A stretch of 64,000 bases of DNA, from IMG/VR virus record IMGVR_UViG_3300044568_004391, positions 32,001 to 96,000 of that record. One strand, given 5' to 3'. Below the pieces are notes generated by a model. That model searched no databases, was not told the DNA's origin, and worked only from the letters and a program-made list of their open reading frames with translations. Below are positions 57,776 to 64,000 of the stretch, piece after piece (the first letter of the stretch is position 1; every line of letters begins with the position of its first letter). This stretch comes from a virus. The position numbers and the translations under genes are program-made.

Positions 57776-58128
57776 CTGTATACAATATAAGATATAAAAT
57801 GGTTGGGATAGATGCTCGACACCACCACCTCACCGTAATAATCTATTAAGTCGGGAAGGATCACATATGCGATTTTCAATGCAAAGATTTCCTGATCGGT
57901 CCTATCAAGCAAACCCAGAATCATATTCATATTTTCAATCCGAGCGGAAACGATCCTGAGTTCATAATAACTGCTGTCCTGATCATCAAGCAGTGTGGCG
58001 ATTATCCTCCCCGAAGGGTCCCTCAAATCAGAAACAGTATTGTGATCATTGTAGTGCTTGCTTTTTACAAGATCCAAATTCTCTAACTCAGGTATCATGA
58101 GAGAAACGAGTTTGTCTATCTTCTTCAT
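57772..58128 (-). CDS. Paralog family A member
   Basis: MKKIDKLVSLMIPELE; minus-strand TATTTAT at 58134-58140. Confidence 0.7.
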   Translation of the reverse strand: MKKIDKLVSLMIPELENLDLVKSKHYNDHNTVSDLRDPSGRIIATLLDDQDSSYYELRIVSARIENMNMILGLLDRTDQEIFALKIAYVILPDLIDYYGEVVVSSIYPNHFISYIVYR

Positions 58129-58269
58129 AACAGATAAATATACAAAAAAAATAATTGATAAAAAAATTGGATCTTAATTTTTTTCGCCGTAACTTAGCAT
58201 CATCTGACTAACCGAGAGGGGAGCAAGTATACTCCAACCTGCTTTATATTTTTTATAAAGGGGTGGGGA

Positions 58270-58626
58270 TTAAGTAAACCAATATTCACCTCCACCCACC
58301 TTTCCCTGAAAAGTTAAATCCTGTGGGTAAACCTTCTTCGGGATCCTTGTTCCCAACATAGAAACCATTTTCTTGAATACTCCCTTGACAACCTTAAACA
58401 TATCAGTCCATTCCAACATATTGACAACACCATTGGATTCAATAAAGTCCTTCTCAAAATAAAACTCCGATCCTATCCTATATGTGAAAAAACCAACCAA
58501 CTGACCATCCTTCCTAACAAATAACTGATTGTATCCATGCAACATATTCGGTTCCCTGATCTCAACCTCCAACGGTCCATCATCCAAGATAGAGTCAACC
58601 AATGTATTTAATTGTCTCTCTGTCAT
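58270..58626 (-). CDS. Paralog family B member
   Basis: MTERQLNTLVDSI...SNGV..ML; TATTTAT at 58642-48 (minus). Confidence 0.7.
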   Translation of the reverse strand: MTERQLNTLVDSILDDGPLEVEIREPNMLHGYNQLFVRKDGQLVGFFTYRIGSEFYFEKDFIESNGVVNMLEWTDMFKVVKGVFKKMVSMLGTRIPKKVYPQDLTFQGKVGGGEYWFT

Positions 58627-58627
58627 T

Positions 58628-58966
58628 TCAATTCCTTGTAAATAAATACCCACCCGTAAGTTTACAACAATATTCTAAACTATCCAATATAGATGGGTTG
58701 GGTATATATTCTTTAACAATAGAAGCAACCCTTCCGTATAAACCATAAAGAAGTTCTATCTGATCCTCCTCCTTTAACATATCAAATACACCATTGGATT
58801 TAACAAACTCAGGCCATAAGAAAAAGTTAATGTCACCACCATACGCAGCAACCCAATCACCATCTTGAGTTTGAACATTACACCTCCCTTCTTCACCAAC
58901 ATTAACAACTAATTCATTGTCACCTATTATGCTTTCAACCAAAGTATTTAATTGTCTCTCTGTCAT
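58628..58966 (-). CDS. Paralog family B member
   Basis: MTERQLNTLVESI...SNGV..ML; TATTTAT at 58985-91 (minus). Confidence 0.7.
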   Translation of the reverse strand: MTERQLNTLVESIIGDNELVVNVGEEGRCNVQTQDGDWVAAYGGDINFFLWPEFVKSNGVFDMLKEEDQIELLYGLYGRVASIVKEYIPNPSILDSLEYCCKLTGGYLFTRN

Positions 58967-59033
58967 ATCATTACTATTGATAATATAAATACCAATACAT
59001 AATAAATTTGGAATTGTCAAATATTCTATTACA

Positions 59034-59172
59034 GGGGGGATCAGGTGTTAGGGGATGGGTAAACCCCCTCCATACCCTATTGACCCCCCCTCCCCCTCCG
59101 TATGCCCCCCATATACCCCCCTAAGATGGGTCAAAAAGGGGGTTTAATCCCCTCTATAAAGTTTTCCCCCCT
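59034..59172. other. Homopolymeric C/G-run region at a divergent strand switch
   Basis: Multiple C5-C7 runs on + (G-tracts on -) in an otherwise AT-rich genome. Confidence 0.7.
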
Positions 59173-59342
59173 GAAAGTGAAAAAAATGTTTATAAAATTT
59201 TTTGGAAAAATTTGGGATTTTTGTCTTATATGTTTTTGGAAACATTGACCCCCTCTTTAAGAATGATCTGTATATATGAAATAAAAATTTTTGGAAAAAT
59301 TTACAAAATCGGGTTTTATATATATGATTGAAAAAAAACAAT

Positions 59343-60011
59343 ATGTTAGAAAATTTCAAATGGGGGAGTCAAGATTCTGAGACACAAAATTACTGTATAA
59401 ATGAAATTTTGGAAAACAACACATATTCAAAAATCTTCAATGTTGATCAAGGGGATATTGTTGTTGATTTGGGAGGGTCTAATGGGATCTTTAGTTATTC
59501 CATTTTAAATCGTAAACCTATGTTTATCTATGTTCTTGAGGCTATATCCGATCAGGTTAAATTAATTGATGAGAATTTAGGAGAATATCCTCACTTATCT
59601 ATTCACGGGGCACTTTCTGAAAAGAAGACAATTAAGGAAATCAGGTGGGGGTCTTATGTTGATTATAATATCCCAACTTTTTCATTTGAAGAATTTATTC
59701 ACGGGTTTAATATCCCAAAGATTGATTTCTTCAAGGTGGATATAGAGGGTGGGGAGTATGATATATTTAAAAAAGAACATATTGATTATTTGTTATCCAT
59801 TCCAAAGATCGTTTGTGAGTTTCATCTTCATAGGGACGAGAGTTTGAATAACTGTAAATTCAGATATTTCAGGGACAATATCTTACCCAACTTTTCTAAC
59901 TTCCATGTTTTTTCCTTGGACGGTGCTGATATTAAGTGGGATCTATGGAACGAACATTTTTTGGAATATTATACCGAAGTAATTTTTCATTTTGATAATA
60001 GGACACATTGA
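59343..60011 (+). CDS. FkbM-family methyltransferase
   Basis: VVDLGGSNGIFS, IDFFKVDIEGGE, CEFH. Confidence 0.85.
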   Translation: MLENFKWGSQDSETQNYCINEILENNTYSKIFNVDQGDIVVDLGGSNGIFSYSILNRKPMFIYVLEAISDQVKLIDENLGEYPHLSIHGALSEKKTIKEIRWGSYVDYNIPTFSFEEFIHGFNIPKIDFFKVDIEGGEYDIFKKEHIDYLLSIPKIVCEFHLHRDESLNNCKFRYFRDNILPNFSNFHVFSLDGADIKWDLWNEHFLEYYTEVIFHFDNRTH

Positions 60012-60145
60012 TTTTTAACCCCTCTTAAGTGAGGGGTTTTTTATTTCTGAAATATTGACCCCTCCTTTATTATGGGGATGGGAAATCTGAAATAAAATTT
60101 CTGGAAAAATTTTTTAATTTTGTTGGGGTTCATTATCTTTGGGAT

Positions 60146-60490
60146 ATGGAAAGGAAATCTGATTTGATCTTGCTTCGTTTGTTTCAAGAATTTCGGTGGG
60201 TTTCATATGGGTCTATCAAAGATCATATTAACTATAGAATTCCTGATGGGGATATGGTTTTAATTCGCAATGGTGATCCTGACAAGGAGATCTATATCCA
60301 TATGACCGGTGGTGATGCCCGGTTTAACATTGCCTTATACGAAGACCATTTTTGTGATATGTCATTGGAATATTTCAAAAAGTTTCTTCGGGTCTTTCTT
60401 TTGGAACATGGATTGCATCGGTATTCAAGGGTGGTGAAATGGGACTTCCCTTTATTTCGAAGACCTCATGGTTTCATCTCCCCTCTTTGA
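60146..60490 (+). CDS. Hypothetical protein
   Basis: 114 aa; TATCTTTG at 60134. Confidence 0.6.
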   Translation: MERKSDLILLRLFQEFRWVSYGSIKDHINYRIPDGDMVLIRNGDPDKEIYIHMTGGDARFNIALYEDHFCDMSLEYFKKFLRVFLLEHGLHRYSRVVKWDFPLFRRPHGFISPL

Positions 60491-60566
60491 GGTTAATTTA
60501 TATCCCCTCCCTTATTGGTGAGGGGTTTTTTATTTTTTATTATATTTATTTGTAAATAATAATTCT

Positions 60567-60980
60567 ATGACACAACGACTAATATTAACAGAAGAAGAAA
60601 AAAGAAACATCCAAAAGATGTATGGTATGATTAATGAACAACCTGATGACCAATTAAAAATGCTTCAAAATGAAGGTTATATTGATGTAACAGATTCTGT
60701 TCATAAAGGCGAATATGTATTAGAAATTCCTGATGGTAAAAACTATAAAGTCAAAGGTGGTGGTTATCAATTTAAGCTTTTAACAGATGATAATAAAGAA
60801 ACAGGTTATCTTTTTTTATCTGAAAATGGAGTAAGAACACCTTCTATGGAGAAAGGTCCATTCTATGTTGAGGATAATGGAAAAATGATTCGTCTTAATC
60901 AAGAATTTATAGGGATTTTAGGTCAAAATGGAAGGATTTTGTATAACCAAAAATTAAATCAAGTTAAAATTGAAAGATAA
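60567..60980 (+). CDS. Leader-bearing cargo protein
   Basis: MTQRLILTEEEKRNIQKMYGMINEQ leader. Confidence 0.75.
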   Translation: MTQRLILTEEEKRNIQKMYGMINEQPDDQLKMLQNEGYIDVTDSVHKGEYVLEIPDGKNYKVKGGGYQFKLLTDDNKETGYLFLSENGVRTPSMEKGPFYVEDNGKMIRLNQEFIGILGQNGRILYNQKLNQVKIER

Positions 60981-61067
60981 ATTTTTATAAACTATATATT
61001 TAAGAACCTCTCCAATACGGGGAGGTTTTTTTGTTTTCAATTATATTTATTTGTAAACAATAATTCT

Positions 61068-61469
61068 ATGGCACAACGACTAATATTAACAGAAGAAGAA
61101 AAGAGAAACATCCAAAAGATGTATGGTATGATTAATGAACAAGAAGAGACCAATTTCGATAAAAATTACTTTATGTCTAAAAAGACGGGAACTGTAACCT
61201 TCGGTTCTCAAGCCATTCCATTAGAAGTTGACGGGATTAAGGTTTCTGACTACAAGACCCAATGGAAAAGAAATTTCAAAATAGAGAATATAGGGGGTAG
61301 AGGATTTCAACCTGGGGTTTTCACATGGACATACGGAGAGGAAGTTCCAACGGGAGTTATGGGTTATAGTACTGATTCTGATGTACGTACATCAGAACCA
61401 GGTATATCAATAAAAGATAGTGCAAATAAAGAAGTTGGCACACTTATTTTTGAGTTACCTTGGGATTAA
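61068..61469 (+). CDS. Leader-bearing cargo protein
   Basis: Same 25-aa leader as 60567, unrelated remainder. Confidence 0.75.
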   Translation: MAQRLILTEEEKRNIQKMYGMINEQEETNFDKNYFMSKKTGTVTFGSQAIPLEVDGIKVSDYKTQWKRNFKIENIGGRGFQPGVFTWTYGEEVPTGVMGYSTDSDVRTSEPGISIKDSANKEVGTLIFELPWD

Positions 61470-61559
61470 ACCCCCTCCCTTATTGGTGAGGGGTTTTTTG
61501 TTTTTTATTATATTTATATATAAAATAAAATAAAATAAAATAATTTTAAAATCAATAAA

Positions 61560-61970
61560 ATGAGAAAAGTTAGATTGACGGAATCAGAATTGGTCCGTAT
61601 CATAGAAAGAATTGTAAAAGAAGAATCCTTAACGGGAGGTAGATCAAAACCAGAATTCAAAGGTAGATTGGCTAAATCCAAAAAAGATTTTGGGATGGGA
61701 TGGAGAGATGAATATGACAGCCCATCTGAAGGACCAGGTGAGAGATCAGGTTCGATTGTGAGTTATGAAGATTTTATGCGTTTCGCAGAAGACCACCCCG
61801 ATTTGGCTGAGTTTTATTTTGGTTGGGCCGGTGATGAATCAGGTGAAGTTTTTGACAAATATGGTGGTGTAGATCTATTTAATCCTGAAGAAGATATGGC
61901 AAATCTTGAAGAGATGAAAAGAAAAGTCAGAGTTATGGAAAATAAACTCAAAAGGAAAATGGGAAGATAA
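61560..61970 (+). CDS. Leader-bearing cargo protein
   Basis: MRKVRLTESELVRIIERIVKEE. Confidence 0.75.
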   Translation: MRKVRLTESELVRIIERIVKEESLTGGRSKPEFKGRLAKSKKDFGMGWRDEYDSPSEGPGERSGSIVSYEDFMRFAEDHPDLAEFYFGWAGDESGEVFDKYGGVDLFNPEEDMANLEEMKRKVRVMENKLKRKMGR

Positions 61971-61974
61971 CAAA

Positions 61975-62382
61975 ATGAAAAAAGTTGTAAGATTAACGGA
62001 AAATGATTTGATTAGATTAACCAAGAGAGTTCTACTCGAATCGAAAGCTCAAGAGGCGGTAGACACCGCCTTTGAAAAATTTGAATCAGGTCAAAAACCT
62101 CCAGCAGGTATGGTTCAAAATGTAAAAAAATGTTTGGAGAATACACCTCTCAGAAATATTGTTTTGGCTGGGGGAGATGTTGCTCAGTTAATTTTGAGTG
62201 TATTAGCATTGACGTTACTTGTCATGGTTGGTTGGGAAGCAGCATTGGTTGTGGCGGGGATTCATGGGGCACTTAGTATTTTAGAACACACATATAAAAT
62301 AAAAGGTGTAAATGTTTTTGCAAAATCAGAAAAAGATATAAAATTTTTCGTTAATTGTTTACAATCAAAAGGGGTAATTTAA
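61975..62382 (+). CDS. Leader-bearing protein with hydrophobic hairpin
   Basis: MKKVVRLTENDLIRLTKRVLLES; long hydrophobic stretch. Confidence 0.7.
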   Translation: MKKVVRLTENDLIRLTKRVLLESKAQEAVDTAFEKFESGQKPPAGMVQNVKKCLENTPLRNIVLAGGDVAQLILSVLALTLLVMVGWEAALVVAGIHGALSILEHTYKIKGVNVFAKSEKDIKFFVNCLQSKGVI

Positions 62383-62428
62383 TAATCGATATTTCTTCTT
62401 TTATTGGAATAAAAAATAAAATTATTTC

Positions 62429-62455
62429 GGGGACCGAATTGGTCCCCTTTTTTTT
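62429..62455 (+). terminator. Intrinsic terminator
   Basis: GGGGACC-GAATT-GGTCCCC-T run. Confidence 0.8.
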
Positions 62456-62530
62456 GAAATCTAAAATTTCTGGAAAATTTTTTGATATTATGGGGGTTTA
62501 TTCTTATGTTTATAATATAGACCCAAAATT

Positions 62531-62959
62531 ATGAAACATATCATTTCCGTTATTTGTTTTATGATCTTCTCTCTTGTGGGAAGTTCACAAACCATCACAA
62601 AGGCTGCCATCTATAGATCCACCAATCAGAAGATTTCCATTTCAGAATTTGCTGGCGGTGCCATCATCTTCTATTATCAAAATCCTGACTATACTCACAT
62701 CGTTGACCTCCTTCATTTCGGGGTTCAAAACAAGACCGAAGCTCTTGCTCTTATGGATGAATGTCTTCATGTTTTGAGTATGGAAAAAACCGGACAAGAC
62801 CAACATATCTATCATAACTATAAATTCCATCAGATCATCCGGTATGGGTTCAATCAAAACTCCGTCATCATCGGCCGGTTATATCTGAATGCCAAAACCA
62901 TCGAGGAAATCAAACTTGCTCTTCTGAACTATTCTTATTCATCAATCAAAAATCAATAA
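62531..62959 (+). CDS. Secreted hypothetical protein
   Basis: Bacteroidota-type signal peptide ending SSQ. Confidence 0.65.
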   Translation: MKHIISVICFMIFSLVGSSQTITKAAIYRSTNQKISISEFAGGAIIFYYQNPDYTHIVDLLHFGVQNKTEALALMDECLHVLSMEKTGQDQHIYHNYKFHQIIRYGFNQNSVIIGRLYLNAKTIEEIKLALLNYSYSSIKNQ

Positions 62960-62960
62960 T

Positions 62961-63569
62961 ATGAAAAAAGTTATTATCTTAATTTGTTTGGGACTTATTT
63001 CCTTGACCTCTTCTTCCCAACAATATATCGATATATTTCATTCAAGTCGCGGACCACATGTGATTAGCGCTTGTGAAGATGGAAAAGGTGGTTATGTTCA
63101 TTTCTATCAAATGGAACCTATGGGGTTTTCAAGATCTACTCTTCTCTTTTTTGAAAATAAATCTGAAGACGATTCTCTGTCCGATGATTTTTATGAGGTG
63201 ATTGACTTAACAAAAAAAATGTTAAAAAGAAAATATGTTGAAAAAAGAAAGGAAACTCCCGACACAACTCTTGTCAATTTCACCACAAATATGAAATGTG
63301 CCTTTCTTCATAAGGATGTTTGGTATTTTGATCGTGATGTAAACCTTTCTTATGAACTCACCAGAGAACCTTGGGGTATGGAAATAAAGGTCGAAACTGA
63401 TCGTCTCTGCGATGATAAAAACCCAAATATCTGCGTCCAAGGTGGAAGGTTTGTATTTTTGGATTATGAAGATTTTTATCTCTTCCCACTTTATTATTTG
63501 GATTGGGATGATGTGAATAGAATTCTAAACGAAAAAAAATCTCTTGAGCAATATTTTATTGATCAATAA
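62961..63569 (+). CDS. Secreted hypothetical protein
   Basis: Signal peptide ending SSSQ. Confidence 0.65.
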   Translation: MKKVIILICLGLISLTSSSQQYIDIFHSSRGPHVISACEDGKGGYVHFYQMEPMGFSRSTLLFFENKSEDDSLSDDFYEVIDLTKKMLKRKYVEKRKETPDTTLVNFTTNMKCAFLHKDVWYFDRDVNLSYELTREPWGMEIKVETDRLCDDKNPNICVQGGRFVFLDYEDFYLFPLYYLDWDDVNRILNEKKSLEQYFIDQ

Positions 63570-63599
63570 TTTTTATTGTTTCCCTATGTATTTATTAAT

Positions 63600-64000
63600 A
63601 TGGGAAAAAGAATTGTAATTTCAGAAAATGAGAAAGTAAAAATTCGTAAGTTATATGGATTGTCTGAAGGACTTGATTTTGAGCAGATCATGCTTGGGAT
63701 CGGGTCCATCATTTTTTTAAGAAAGTTTTTTCAAGGACTTCGTTCTGATCCCAAATTCAAAGCATTATTTCTTCGTGATGAAGATGTGGAACAGAATATC
63801 AAACACTTGGATAAGGTGATGGAAAGATATTTGAATGGTCTCGATGAGTATTACAGTGATATTGAAGAATATGACCGGGTGGAAATTCGTGATATATATG
63901 AAAACGATATTAAACCTTTGCTCAGAGAAAAGAAACTTGTGGATATGGAAGATATTGTGAATTATTTGAGTTACAAACTAGATTATCTTAACAAACAAAA
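63600..64000 (+). CDS. Leader-bearing protein (3'-partial, not in ORF track)
   Basis: MGKRIVISENEKVKIRKLYGLSEG...; open to window end; TATTTAT at 63589. Confidence 0.7.
   Translation, partial: MGKRIVISENEKVKIRKLYGLSEGLDFEQIMLGIGSIIFLRKFFQGLRSDPKFKALFLRDEDVEQNIKHLDKVMERYLNGLDEYYSDIEEYDRVEIRDIYENDIKPLLREKKLVDMEDIVNYLSYKLDYLNKQ

Noticed and set aside
1599-63440. Numerous short alternate-frame or antisense ORFs in the track (e.g. 1599-1844, 19333-19650, 36436-36819, 38085-38483, 56439-56726, 59144-59359)
   Set aside because: They overlap well-supported genes or repeat-rich non-coding DNA and lack recognisable motifs or expression signals.
1-64000. Stop-codon reassignment (code 15 or 4) as in some large phages
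   Set aside because: Conserved enzymes are full length in code 11, and TAG and TGA end genes at sensible positions (e.g. 17756, 32355, 38813).
1-64000. tRNA genes
   Set aside because: No cloverleaf with a GTTCRA T-loop and matching acceptor stem was recognised in intergenic regions; GGTTCGAAA at about 39236 lacks the rest of the fold.

Overview
64 kb of a large, AT-rich, densely coding dsDNA phage genome (jumbo/'huge' phage type, standard code 11). The host is most likely a Bacteroidota, because repeated TTTG-N19/20-TAnnTTTG promoters match the Bacteroidota primary-sigma consensus. No capsid, terminase or replicative polymerase gene lies in the window. It contains putative virion/tail proteins (LamG, beta-helix), nucleotide and auxiliary metabolic genes (thyA, dCMP deaminase, purA, pckA, type II glnA, rfbB), chaperone/redox genes (dnaJ, FKBP, Trx, Grx), umuDC, four DNA methyltransferase/RM loci, a lysozyme, an SLT, two secreted M43 proteases and many ORFans. 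Highlights: (1) two tandem, independently promoted and terminated structured small RNAs with a conserved scaffold, compensatory changes and variable loops (20.8-21.2 kb); (2) a ~790-nt highly structured ncRNA, GOLLD-like in size and context, driven by three stacked promoters; (3) about 25 genes whose products share N-terminal leaders ending in [ILV]-x-E, mostly preceded by a TATTTAT motif, with near-identical leader cassettes fused to unrelated cargo domains (putative head-packaged and injected proteins); (4) among these, a family of four mosaic variable-LRR proteins with 4, 5, 6 and 7 20-aa repeats; (5) a degenerate MetK-fold protein; (6) a palindrome-dense non-coding region with a near-consensus parS site, and a G-quadruplex/iteron-like strand-switch region. 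All product calls come from motif recognition by eye; no database searches were run.
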